From the NCBI GenBank assembly GCA_030595925.1, contig JAUVLC010000002.1, positions 1-56,155 of the forward strand: a stretch of DNA of 56,155 nt, written 5' to 3'. The DNA is from Clostridia bacterium (GTDB lineage: Bacteria; CBDUZB01; JAGLHV01). The position numbers were made by a program, and so were the translations under genes. This document shows positions 47,110 to 56,155 of the stretch, in pieces. The stretch's first letter is position 1. Each line of letters begins with the position of its first letter. The notes below the pieces were generated by a model, which made no database searches, had not been told where the DNA came from, and saw nothing but the letters and a program-made list of their open reading frames with translations.

Positions 47110-47199
47110 ATTACACCGATTTTGTCGTCTAAGTTTTAATCTGTGTAATCTGGTTTCTAATCTGTGAAATCAGGGGCTGATGAATTTTTCAGCAGACCC
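47110..47199 (+). repeat. 90-nt direct repeat, copy 2
   Basis: See 43607-43696; 85/90 identical and 3503 bp away in the same orientation. Confidence 0.9.
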
Positions 47200-47455
47200 G
47201 AATTTATTTTTTCGTCCGTTTTTTTTTATAACAAAACAAATACCTATCTGTCATTATAAAAAGTAACACAAAAAAACCAGGGTGGCAAGATAAATATTAA
47301 GAATTACGTATGTTTATCTATCAACACCTCTAAAAAATATTGACATAAAAGAGAAAAATATTATATATTATTGAAAGGATAAAAGTCAATCATTTCCCTC
47401 CAAATTAAATGAGGGTTAAAAAATTTAGTTTTTATTGAATCTATGGTATAATTAA

Positions 47456-48103
47456 ATGAAGAAAATAGTAGCGGTATTTGATATTGATGGAACGATTATC
47501 GATTTTTTTTCGGAAAGGATCTTTTTACTTTTTTTATTGTCAAAGGGGAAATTTTTTATAAATGATTTATTTAATTACGCGGTAAATTTACTGCAAACAA
47601 CCAACAGGGGATTTATATTTGCTACTAAAGGCAACAAAGCATATTTCAAAAACAAAGACAGCAAAGAAATAGAAAAACTGGCTCATATTTGCTTTAGGCA
47701 ACATCTCCTCAAAAGAATTTTTACCCGAGCCAAAGAGAAAATTGAACAACACAAAAAGAAACAACATGAAATAGTTCTTCTTTCAGGAACATTATCTTTT
47801 CTATTAAACGAATACAAAAATTATTTTGGGGTAAAAAAAGGATATGGTACAACATTGGAAATTAAAAATGGCAGGTTCACCGGAAAAACTTTAGGAATAT
47901 ATCCTTACGGTGAAGGCAAAGCTGAAATAATAAAAAAATATTTCGATAAAAACCAATATGACTTACCCCGTTCTTTCGCTTACGGCAATCATCTCTCAGA
48001 TATAAAATCGCTTAAATTATTTGGAAATGCTTTTATTATTAATCCTGATAAAAAATTAGCAGCAATTGCCAGAGCGGAATCAATAAAAATAGAGTATTTC
48101 TGA
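47456..48103 (+). CDS. HAD-IB family hydrolase (SerB-like phosphatase superfamily)
   Basis: Motif I FDIDGTI at the N-terminus, LLSGT, and a K...GNHLSD motif. Confidence 0.75.
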   Translation: MKKIVAVFDIDGTIIDFFSERIFLLFLLSKGKFFINDLFNYAVNLLQTTNRGFIFATKGNKAYFKNKDSKEIEKLAHICFRQHLLKRIFTRAKEKIEQHKKKQHEIVLLSGTLSFLLNEYKNYFGVKKGYGTTLEIKNGRFTGKTLGIYPYGEGKAEIIKKYFDKNQYDLPRSFAYGNHLSDIKSLKLFGNAFIINPDKKLAAIARAESIKIEYF

Positions 48104-48111
48104 TTTTAAAA

Positions 48112-48630
48112 TCAATTTTGTTTTACTGCACATCCCTTACAAATCAATCTCATCCTACATTTTGAACAGGTTTTTTTCCTATTAATGGCTCCGCTGTAGA
48201 TGGAAACAAGTAACAACAAAATTAATATCATTAGCTTGAAAAATACAAACTCCTGAAAAATTGAAATAAGAAGAAAAATAAGTGGAATAACAGTTAAAAG
48301 CCCATAAGTAAATGGCGCAAGCTTTTGCCCGTAACTATCCTTAAATTTTTCAATATTCCCTCCTTTGAAAAACAAAGTGGAAAGTTTACCCCATCCCAGG
48401 CAACACCACCGATTATAATAACAACAATTTGTGCAAAGCAATTTCCGCAAAATGATACCTATCATTATTATGGCAAATAAAAGATAAATCCAGCCCGTCA
48501 AAGGACAAAAAAGCCGGCAACTAATCGTCCCTAAGAAAACCCATAAAATCATCAACAAATTACCCTGAAAAATAGTTGCTTTAGAGTATTCTTTTAATCC
48601 TTGTTCATAAATTTTAATTTTACTTTCCAT
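48112..48630 (-). CDS. hypothetical Cys-rich polytopic membrane protein
   Basis: Four TM segments with CTNCCYYNRWCC and a C-terminal CSKCRMRLICKGC cluster. Confidence 0.5.
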   Translation of the reverse strand: MESKIKIYEQGLKEYSKATIFQGNLLMILWVFLGTISCRLFCPLTGWIYLLFAIIMIGIILRKLLCTNCCYYNRWCCLGWGKLSTLFFKGGNIEKFKDSYGQKLAPFTYGLLTVIPLIFLLISIFQEFVFFKLMILILLLLVSIYSGAINRKKTCSKCRMRLICKGCAVKQN

Positions 48631-48667
48631 TGTTATTTTTCGATAAAATTTTTAGTTTCTTTGAATC

Positions 48668-48862
48668 TTATTGACCTGTCATTTTCTCCAAATCTGCTGT
48701 TTTCTTCAGATCGCTTAACTGCTTTTCTAACATTGCAATTTTATCTCGCGATTGTTGTGTAAAATTTTCCAATTCTTTTATCGAATTGGCATTATCCATC
48801 AATCGCCTTTCCATACCAAAAAGAATAATAAATGCACAAACCAAAGCAAATAACCATAGCAT
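48668..48862 (-). CDS. small single-pass membrane protein with a coiled-coil tail (hypothetical)
   Basis: 64 aa: an N-terminal TM helix followed by heptad-like IKELENF...LEKQLSDLKK. GGGGGG SD upstream. Confidence 0.4.
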   Translation of the reverse strand: MLWLFALVCAFIILFGMERRLMDNANSIKELENFTQQSRDKIAMLEKQLSDLKKTADLEKMTGQ

Positions 48863-48916
48863 TTTTCTCGCCCCCCTTTCAATATATTATAACTTCTATT
48901 GCTTTATACTTTTCTT

Positions 48917-50047
48917 TTATTTATTAATTTGCTTTTTAGATAACCCGGACGGTATCGTCTTAAGCACAGACTTTGTTACCGCAGAATCTGAATTTAAAAA
49001 TAATGTCTGTGTTGGATAGGCAAATTCAATTTTTCTCTTTTCAAATTCTTCCTTAATAGCAAAATTAATCTCCTGCTGAACATCCATGTATTTATTATAA
49101 TCACTACTCAAAACATAATAAACTACCTCAAAAACAAGGCTAAAATCTCCGTAGGAAAAAAAATGTGCCCGGTCAAAAACAGTATTATCAATGCCCTTGA
49201 TAATATTGGTAATTATTATGGGGATTTCTTTTAATTGTTTCGAACCTGTCTGATATGTAACTCCCAACTTAAACACTACTCTGCGTTTATTCATTCTTTT
49301 ATAATTACGCAGGCGGGAATTGGTAAGATCAGCGTTAGAAAAAACTAATTGTTCTCCCCCTAAACTACATATCCGGGTTGTTTTAATACCAATATGCTCA
49401 ACTACTCCTAAATAATCGTCTATAATAACAAAATCACCAATCTCAAACGGACGATCGAGAAATATAGCAAAATAACTAAGTAAATCGCCTAAAACCGACT
49501 GTACAGCCAGTGCTATTGCTACACCGCCTATTCCCAATCCGGCAATTACTGTCGAAATTTTAAAACCAAGATTATCCAAAAGAAAAATAATACCCAAACC
49601 CCAAACAACTACTTTCGTTATTGTAATCATTGTTTGAAAACTCTTTTTTTTAGCCATATCCTTTTCTTTCTTCAGCCAATAATTTTCAAGGATATAAGTA
49701 ATCATAGCTACAGAAAAACGAATGGTAAGGATAGTTAGAATAGTTACTCCTAAAACATTGATTACTTTAGTCAAATAAGCGGTCAAAATTAAACTGCGGA
49801 TAGATAAATAGAAAACACCAAAGTAAAGTAATGGAATCAAGGCCTTTTCGACAATACCAACCAGAAAGTCATCTATAATCGCAGTGCTTTTTTCCGTCCA
49901 TACTTTAAGCCGTTTTAAAACTATTTTTTTGAATACTTTAATAAAAATAAGCCCTAAAATGAAAATAAAAAAACTAATAAGATAATCCAAAAGAGTATTT
50001 TGAAAAACTGTTTTTTCCGTCAAAAAAGAAATAATATTTTGAAGCAT
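48917..50047 (-). CDS. MscS-family mechanosensitive channel
   Basis: TM3-beta domain signature GLGIGGVAIALAVQSVLGDLLS...PFEIGDFVIIDDYLGVVEHIGIKTTRI. Confidence 0.85.
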   Translation of the reverse strand: MLQNIISFLTEKTVFQNTLLDYLISFFIFILGLIFIKVFKKIVLKRLKVWTEKSTAIIDDFLVGIVEKALIPLLYFGVFYLSIRSLILTAYLTKVINVLGVTILTILTIRFSVAMITYILENYWLKKEKDMAKKKSFQTMITITKVVVWGLGIIFLLDNLGFKISTVIAGLGIGGVAIALAVQSVLGDLLSYFAIFLDRPFEIGDFVIIDDYLGVVEHIGIKTTRICSLGGEQLVFSNADLTNSRLRNYKRMNKRRVVFKLGVTYQTGSKQLKEIPIIITNIIKGIDNTVFDRAHFFSYGDFSLVFEVVYYVLSSDYNKYMDVQQEINFAIKEEFEKRKIEFAYPTQTLFLNSDSAVTKSVLKTIPSGLSKKQINK

Positions 50048-50082
50048 TTTCTATCCTCCTTTTTTCCTCCGGGTTTTTAAAT

Positions 50083-51168
50083 TTAACGTAATTTTAGCGA
50101 AGCCAATGATATTAAAGAAAGAATAATTGCTATAACCCAGAAGCGAATTACTACTTTTGGTTCTGCCCATCCTAATAACTCGAAATGGTGATGCAGAGGA
50201 GCCATTTTAAATATTCTCTTTCCTCTAATTTTAAAAGAAATAACTTGCAAAATAACCGATAATGCTTCTACAACAAAAATTCCTCCAACAATAACCAAAA
50301 GTAATTCCTGTTTTACTAAAACGGCAATTACCCCTATCGTTCCTCCCAAGAACAAAGACCCCGTATCCCCCATAAACACCTCTGCGGGGTAAGTATTAAA
50401 CCATAAAAAACCTAACCCTGCTCCAACCATTGCCGCTAATAAAACAACTAATTCCCCGCTACCCGCAACAGGAATAATACGTAAATACGCACTAAATTTG
50501 GCATGCCCGGCAAAATAAGCAAATATTGCATAAGTCAAGGCAGATAATACAATCGATCCAATAGCTAAACCATCTAACCCATCGGTTAAATTCACCGCAT
50601 TAGAAGCTCCTACGATAATTAAAAGTACCAAACCAAAATATAAAAACCCCAAATCTATAAAAAAATCTTTCACGAAAGGAATATTCACTTTAGTAGCAAA
50701 ATCAGCATTAGAAGGATGAAAATAAATATAGGTTATCACAAAAAAAGCTAAAATCAATTGTCCTCCTAATTTATATAAAGCCCGCAAACCTTGTGTATGT
50801 TTTTTTACTACTTTAAGATAGTCATCTATAAAACCTAACAAACCTAACCACAAAATGGAAATTACGGATAAAAAAATAAAAGGATTGGTTAATTTAGCCC
50901 AGAGAAAAACAGAAATTAAAAGCACCAGTAATATAATTATCCCTCCCATGGTAGGAGTACCAGCTTTAGACTGATGAGAAGGAGGACCTTCCGGACGAAT
51001 ATGCTGTCCAATATGCAATTTTTTAAAACTTCTTATCATTCGGGGAGCTAAAAAGAAGCTGACAATTAAAGAAGTAATTATCGCTCCACCCGCCCGAAAA
51101 GTAATATATTGAAATATATTAAAGGGAGAAAAATATATGTGAAGAGGATAAAGAAAATGATAAAACAT
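50083..51168 (-). CDS. mraY: phospho-N-acetylmuramoyl-pentapeptide transferase
   Basis: Motifs KAGTPTMGG, IGFIDDY, NAVNLTDGLDGLA, MGDTGSL and APLHHHFE. Confidence 0.97.
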   Translation of the reverse strand: MFYHFLYPLHIYFSPFNIFQYITFRAGGAIITSLIVSFFLAPRMIRSFKKLHIGQHIRPEGPPSHQSKAGTPTMGGIIILLVLLISVFLWAKLTNPFIFLSVISILWLGLLGFIDDYLKVVKKHTQGLRALYKLGGQLILAFFVITYIYFHPSNADFATKVNIPFVKDFFIDLGFLYFGLVLLIIVGASNAVNLTDGLDGLAIGSIVLSALTYAIFAYFAGHAKFSAYLRIIPVAGSGELVVLLAAMVGAGLGFLWFNTYPAEVFMGDTGSLFLGGTIGVIAVLVKQELLLVIVGGIFVVEALSVILQVISFKIRGKRIFKMAPLHHHFELLGWAEPKVVIRFWVIAIILSLISLASLKLR

Positions 51169-51173
51169 TTAAA

Positions 51174-52583
51174 TCACACCTTTTTACTGCTATTTTTTAA
51201 TTCTCTCACTACTTCTTCTAATTTCATTGCCCTGGATGCTTTAAATAAAAGCATATCTTTTTTTTGTATAATCTTTTTTAATTCAAAAGTTAGTTTTTTT
51301 CTATCTTTAAAAACGAAAATATTTCCTTTTTTCATCCCAAATTTTCTTGCCTCCTGAGCAGTAAGAGCAGCTAAATCTCCTATAGTGAATAAAATATCAC
51401 AAGCCTTTGCCGCTATTTTTCCCGTTTTTTTATGTTCCTTAACAGCATCTTTTCCCAATTCTAACATATCACCCAAAATTAATATTTTCTTTCCTGCGGA
51501 AGATCTTCCGGAAAATGTACCGATAGCATTTTTCATTGAAACAGGATTAGCATTATAAGCATCATTTATAACTTCAATATCTTTAAAAAAAAGTTTTTCC
51601 ATACGCATAGGAAGAGGAGAAAAATTTTCTAATGTTTGTTTAATTAAAGATATATCTATATTTAAATTCCAACTAACGGCACTTGCTGCCAATGCATTAT
51701 AAACATTAAAAATACCTAACATAGGCAATCTGATTTTTTCCTGTTTATCTTTTATATGCAATTTAAACTCTATACCATAAGATAAATTTTTTATATTAGT
51801 AGCATAAATATGTCCCCTGTTTTTTACTCCAAAACTTAACCACTTACATTTTATTTTATTAGTTTCTAAAATTCTCCTGAATTTAACATTATCTATATTT
51901 AAAATCGCCACCCCTTCTTTTGCAGATAACGCATTTATCAATTCCATCTTCCCTGATAATACATTTTTTAGAGAACCGAAAGACTCAATATGAGCATTAG
52001 AAATATTAGTAATCAATCCTATTTGAGGATTAGAAATCTGTGCTAAACGCGCTATCTCTCCGATGCTACTTGCTCCCATTTCCAAAACACATATACGATG
52101 TTTCTTTTCTAACTTTAAAAGAGTTAAAGGCAATCCTATCTGATTATTTAAATTACCTTCCGTAGCTAACACAGAAAATTTTCGTTTTAAAATAGAAAAA
52201 ATCATTTCCTTAGTAGTAGTCTTTCCGTTACTTCCGGTAATTCCTATAACCAAACAATCAAACATTTTACGATAATACCCGGCTAATTCCTGTAAAGCCA
52301 ACAACGTATCGTCAACTTTAATTACTAACAAGTTTTTTTTTTCAATAATCGAATCAAACCCCAAAGGAACTTGAGAAAGAACTACTCCTGACGCACCTTT
52401 TTTAATTGCTTCCCCAACAAAGTTATGCCCATCAAAATTCTCACCTTTTAGAGCAACAAATAAATCATCCTGCTTTAATTTTCTTGTATCAATAGAAATA
52501 TTTTTTACTGTTTTTCTCCTGTTTTTCTGTAAAACTTTTCCTTTAATTACTTTCACTAATTTTTCTATATTAATTTTTGTCAT
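51174..52583 (-). CDS. murF: UDP-N-acetylmuramoyl-tripeptide--D-alanyl-D-alanine ligase
   Basis: Motifs DTRKLKQDDLFVALKGENFDGHNF, GITGSNGKTTTKE and NDAYNANP. Confidence 0.95.
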   Translation of the reverse strand: MTKINIEKLVKVIKGKVLQKNRRKTVKNISIDTRKLKQDDLFVALKGENFDGHNFVGEAIKKGASGVVLSQVPLGFDSIIEKKNLLVIKVDDTLLALQELAGYYRKMFDCLVIGITGSNGKTTTKEMIFSILKRKFSVLATEGNLNNQIGLPLTLLKLEKKHRICVLEMGASSIGEIARLAQISNPQIGLITNISNAHIESFGSLKNVLSGKMELINALSAKEGVAILNIDNVKFRRILETNKIKCKWLSFGVKNRGHIYATNIKNLSYGIEFKLHIKDKQEKIRLPMLGIFNVYNALAASAVSWNLNIDISLIKQTLENFSPLPMRMEKLFFKDIEVINDAYNANPVSMKNAIGTFSGRSSAGKKILILGDMLELGKDAVKEHKKTGKIAAKACDILFTIGDLAALTAQEARKFGMKKGNIFVFKDRKKLTFELKKIIQKKDMLLFKASRAMKLEEVVRELKNSSKKV

Positions 52584-54066
52584 TTTTATCCTTAAATTTT
52601 TTTCTTAACATATCTCTTACTATTTTACGTTCATCAAAAGGAATAATTGCCGCTAAAATCTGACAGGTCTCATGGCCCTTTCCCGCAATAAGCACAAAAT
52701 CTTTTTCAGCAGCATAATCTAAAGCTTCTTGTATTGCTTTCCGCCTATCTAAAACAACTTTGTAATTAGTACTTCCTATTCTTTTTATACCAACTTCAAT
52801 ATCCGTAACAATTTTTTTAGGATCTTCACTTCTGGGATTATCCGAAGTAATCCAGACAAAATCACTATTTTTTACGGCTATTTCCCCCATTAAAGGACGC
52901 TTACTTCTATCTCTATCCCCGCCACAACCAAAAACAGTAATAATCCTTTTAGGATTTAAATGCCGTGCCGTACGGATCGTCCTTTTCAGTGCATCCGGAC
53001 TATGGGCAAAATCTACCACACAAGTAAAGTTTTGACCTTCGGAAATTATTTCAAATCTACCGGGAACAAATTTCAGAGCTTCTAATCCTTCCTTAATCTT
53101 GTCTATTGAAACACCCTGTATTTGTGCAGCAGCACTACTGGCTAAAGCATTATATACATTGTGCCGTCCGATAAGATTTAAACGAATAGAAACGTCCCCC
53201 TGAGGAGTACAAAGAATAAAAGAAGTATATTCCAAATTAAATTCTATTTTTTTAGCGAAAAAATCCCCTTTCGTTTTAATTCCATATTTGACTACCGGAA
53301 CTTTTGTTTTTTCTATTATATACTTACTTGCTTCATCATCAATATTTATTATAGCAAATTTTTGTCCTTTTTTCTTTGAATTTTTACCTAATTCGGCAAA
53401 TAACCTGGTTTTAGCATTTAAATATCCCTCCATGGTCTGATGATAATCCAAATGATCAGGGGTTAAATTAGTAAAAATTGCTATATCATACTCACAATTT
53501 GTTACCCGATGTTGTAATAAGGCGTGAGAGGAAACTTCCATCACTGCAATATCAAAATTTTCTTTTACCATTTTTGATAAAATTTCCTGCAGTTGCACAC
53601 AACTGGGAGTAGTAGTAAAAGAAGGAATCACTTTCTTTCCCAAACGATAAGAAACAGTCCCCAATACTCCTACTTTGTCTCCATTTACAGAAAAAATTGA
53701 TTCTAAAAAATAAGTAATAGTAGTTTTACCATTAGTTCCCGTAACACCTATCATTTTAAGTTTTCTCGAAGGATTTTTATAAAATTCGGAAGATAAAACC
53801 GCCAAAGAATAACGGGTATCCGGGGTAACAACCAAAGTAACGTCTTTAATATCCAATTTCCTTTCTGTTACAATTATTGTTGCTCCATTGGATAAAGCTG
53901 AAGAAATATAATCTTCTCCGTTTTCTTTTTCCCCCACGATGCAAACAAAAATAAAATTTTTTCCCACTTTGCGGGAATCATTGGAAATCCCTTGAACCAT
54001 TATATCCGTTGAACCATAAATTTTTTTATCTTCTAAACAATTAAGTATTTCCTTTAATCTTATCAT
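52570..54066 (-). CDS. murE: UDP-N-acetylmuramoyl-L-alanyl-D-glutamate--2,6-diaminopimelate ligase
   Basis: Motifs GVTGTNGKTT, MEVSSHAL, DYHQT, VDFAHSPDAL and a DNPR motif, which points to a meso-DAP type. Confidence 0.95.
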   Translation of the reverse strand: MIRLKEILNCLEDKKIYGSTDIMVQGISNDSRKVGKNFIFVCIVGEKENGEDYISSALSNGATIIVTERKLDIKDVTLVVTPDTRYSLAVLSSEFYKNPSRKLKMIGVTGTNGKTTITYFLESIFSVNGDKVGVLGTVSYRLGKKVIPSFTTTPSCVQLQEILSKMVKENFDIAVMEVSSHALLQHRVTNCEYDIAIFTNLTPDHLDYHQTMEGYLNAKTRLFAELGKNSKKKGQKFAIINIDDEASKYIIEKTKVPVVKYGIKTKGDFFAKKIEFNLEYTSFILCTPQGDVSIRLNLIGRHNVYNALASSAAAQIQGVSIDKIKEGLEALKFVPGRFEIISEGQNFTCVVDFAHSPDALKRTIRTARHLNPKRIITVFGCGGDRDRSKRPLMGEIAVKNSDFVWITSDNPRSEDPKKIVTDIEVGIKRIGSTNYKVVLDRRKAIQEALDYAAEKDFVLIAGKGHETCQILAAIIPFDERKIVRDMLRKKFKDKNDKN

Positions 54067-55753
54067 CTTTCATTAATTCCTTTTCCGCTTGAAAAAAGAG
54101 TCCGGAATCTTTTTCTCGTGGAATATTTAAATAATTCATTATCTGAGAACCTACCCGGGAAAAAACAGGTGCGGCAATAACTCCACCCCAATAATCTTTT
54201 TTAGATTCATCAAAAATTACTAAAATTGCTATTTGAGGATCATTTAAAGGTAAAAAACCAACAAAAGAAGAAACATATTTGTTCTTTTCATAATTATTAG
54301 TTTTAACATTTATTTTCTGAGCCGTCCCTGTTTTGCCTGCTACCCTATATCCATGAATAGCCGCAAATGTACCCGTTCCATCCTTTACTACTCCCTCTAA
54401 TATTTCTACCATCTTTTCTGCCGTAGAAGAAGAAACCACTTCCCGCACTTTTACCGGCTTAAACTCTTTAGCAATTTCCCCTCTTGCATTTACCACACAT
54501 TTTACTATTCGAGGTTGCATAAGAACTCCTGAATTTGCTATACAGGAAAAAGCAGAAATTAATTGAATTGCAGTTACTCCTATTTCCTGCCCAAAGGAAA
54601 TAGAAGATAACGACCGCTTTGACCATCGTTTAGGTGAAGAAAGTATGCCTTTTACTTCATTAGGAAGATCTATTCCTGTAAGATTTCCAAACCCAAAATT
54701 CCGTACATATTTATAAAAATCCCTGTTTTTCATACGAAAAGCAACCTTGCTCATTCCAATATTACTGGATTTTTTCATCACTTCGTCAAAAGTTAACCAC
54801 TCTTCTTTTTCATGGTCATGAATATAAAATCCTTTCGTATAATACTTACCATTTTCACAAAATATTTTTTCTTTACGCTTTACTGTTCCTTCTTCCAAAC
54901 TTGCAGCAGCAGTTACCATTTTAAATGTTGAACCAGGCTCAAAAATATCGCTAACTGCCGCAGATTTTAAATGTTTCACATTAAACGCAGTTAACCTATT
55001 AGGATTAAAATTGGGATAATTAGCCATTGCCAATATTTCCCCGGTTTTTATATTTTGTACAACAATAGTCGCTGCTTTTGATTTAGAGTTTATAAATGTT
55101 TTTTTTAATTCTTTTTCTGCAATATACTGAATCACTTTATCTATGGTAAGCACTACATTATGACCGGAAAAATCAACAACCTTCTTACCTGTCTCTGTAT
55201 TCTTTTTGCCTTTTCGTTTAAGATAAGAATCAAAATAATATTCTATTCCCGCCAATCCCTGATTATCTAAACCAGCCACCCCTATAACCTGACAGGCTAA
55301 TTCATTCTGAGGATAAAAACGTTTTTCTTCTTTTATAAAGCAAATTCCTGCAAGATTTTCCTTTTTAATTTCTTCAACAATTTCCGGATCAAGTTTTCTT
55401 TTTATCCACACAAAAGATTTGTGGGATTTTAATTTTCGTACAGTTTTTTTATAATCTAAGTTTAAAATAGAACAAAGTTTGCGCACGCAGGTTTTACGAT
55501 TTTTTATCTTATAAGGAACTGCATAACAAGAATCCACCATAATACTTACGGCTAATTCTCTCCCCTTACGATCATAAATATTCCCCCTTGTAATCTGAGT
55601 TAAATTAGAAGGAATGACATATTTTTGACCCTTACTTTTTTTAAGATAAAATTGATGTTGGCCAATTTGAATCTGGCCCAATTTAAAAGCAAGAAACAGA
55701 AAACAAAAAATAATACCACAAAAAACAATTTTAATTCTCCCTTTAGAAATCAA
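54041..55753 (-). CDS. ftsI: penicillin-binding protein (FtsI/PBP3-class transpeptidase)
   Basis: N-terminal TM and dimerisation domain, with motifs STFK, SSN and KTGT. TTG 55753 lies 7 nt after AAGGAGG; the ORF-track GTG at 55771 contains that SD inside the ORF. Confidence 0.9.
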   Translation of the reverse strand: MISKGRIKIVFCGIIFCFLFLAFKLGQIQIGQHQFYLKKSKGQKYVIPSNLTQITRGNIYDRKGRELAVSIMVDSCYAVPYKIKNRKTCVRKLCSILNLDYKKTVRKLKSHKSFVWIKRKLDPEIVEEIKKENLAGICFIKEEKRFYPQNELACQVIGVAGLDNQGLAGIEYYFDSYLKRKGKKNTETGKKVVDFSGHNVVLTIDKVIQYIAEKELKKTFINSKSKAATIVVQNIKTGEILAMANYPNFNPNRLTAFNVKHLKSAAVSDIFEPGSTFKMVTAAASLEEGTVKRKEKIFCENGKYYTKGFYIHDHEKEEWLTFDEVMKKSSNIGMSKVAFRMKNRDFYKYVRNFGFGNLTGIDLPNEVKGILSSPKRWSKRSLSSISFGQEIGVTAIQLISAFSCIANSGVLMQPRIVKCVVNARGEIAKEFKPVKVREVVSSSTAEKMVEILEGVVKDGTGTFAAIHGYRVAGKTGTAQKINVKTNNYEKNKYVSSFVGFLPLNDPQIAILVIFDESKKDYWGGVIAAPVFSRVGSQIMNYLNIPREKDSGLFFQAEKELMKDDKIKGNT

Positions 55754-55846
55754 AATATATCCTCCTTTCACCCGTAAGATTTACCCCCCCCTACAATTAA
55801 GATTACGAATACAAGCCAAGCCGCAGTAAGCCACGGGGTATCAATT

Positions 55847-55876
55847 AATGTCACTCCTGCGAAAACAGGAGTCTAT
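55847..55876 (+). repeat. 30-nt hairpin repeat, copy 2
   Basis: Sequence AATGTCACTCCTGCGAAAACAGGAGTCTAT; the inverse copy is at 29405-29435. Confidence 0.55.
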
Positions 55877-55972
55877 TCTGGATTTCCGCTGAAGTTTATC
55901 CCGCACTTGATGCGGGGCGGGAATGACAGGCAACGAAGCAAGCTTCGGGGAATTGACCCGAAACGATTAAAA

Positions 55973-56014
55973 AACCGTGAACCGTGAACTGTAAACCGTA
56001 AACCGTAAACCGTT
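55973..56014 (+). repeat. six tandem heptamers AACCGTG/AACCGTG/AACTGTA/AACCGTA/AACCGTA/AACCGTT
   Basis: Read directly from the sequence. Confidence 0.8.
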
Positions 56015-56155
56015 AAACAATTGAGGTTAGTTATGGATTATAATTCCATCGACAGAGAAATAGAGACTTTAGGAGATCCCGGATTATCTTCGCCTATTTT
56101 AAGAGGGAGAAATAGCATAAAAAGTCAAAATTTTGTTTCCGACGATGACAGGATA

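Noticed and set aside
43696-47110. Calling the repeat-flanked 3.4-kb block a bona fide integrated mobile element or genomic island.
   Set aside because: There is no integrase, transposase or tRNA att site inside or adjacent to it, and no obvious compositional break. The repeats belong to a motif family seen elsewhere in the window. It is kept as a finding but not annotated as a mobile_element.
47444-47458. TGGTATAAT extended -10 just before the HAD-hydrolase ATG, suggesting a leaderless mRNA.
   Set aside because: The hexamer ends only 3 nt before the ATG, so the predicted TSS would fall inside or after the start codon. The geometry does not fit a leaderless transcript.

Overview
This is an AT-rich bacterial chromosomal window. 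It is probably from a diderm, because it encodes a TonB-dependent receptor and a beta-barrel outer-membrane protein. Several gene orders are Firmicute-like: rny-ymdB, xseA-xseB-ispA-dxs-tlyA and infC-rpmI-rplT. I cannot assign a lineage from the sequence alone. All protein calls rest on motifs I recognise by eye; no database search was run.

Most of the window is housekeeping:
- bioY plus a TonB-dependent receptor
- a uvrB / EndoQ-like / EndoIII-like repair group
- a GAF/HD-GYP protein and a ThDP enzyme
- tRNA-Leu(CAA)
- infC-rpmI-rplT, ktrBA and pheST
- zapA followed by a 6S-RNA-like locus, then rarA and 5-formyl-THF cyclo-ligase
- rny-ymdB
- xseAB-ispA-dxs-tlyA
- a GH57 branching enzyme with a DUF4912 partner
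- queF
- the dcw genes ftsI-murE-murF-mraY

The parts that ordinary annotation does not explain are:
1. A five-gene module at 24847-29055. It holds a helical protein, an SPFH (PF13421-like) protein with a double zinc ribbon, and three paralogous zinc-ribbon proteins. This is my best candidate for an uncharacterised membrane-associated system.
2. A dispersed family of REP-like hairpins. They share a GTAG head and a TTTA loop, and their stems covary. They sit inside larger palindromic, MITE/BIME-like elements that fill nearly all long intergenic gaps.
3. A 90-bp direct repeat (85/90 identical) that brackets a 3.4-kb five-gene block encoding a nuclease, an OB-fold protein, a Lys-rich protein, QueF and a YdcF-like protein.
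4. An orphan zf-HC2 anti-sigma gene followed by three envelope proteins. A duplicated ECF-like promoter motif is present, but no sigma-factor gene is adjacent.
5. A BirA-operator-like palindrome over the bioY promoter, which implies that the TonB-dependent receptor is biotin-linked.
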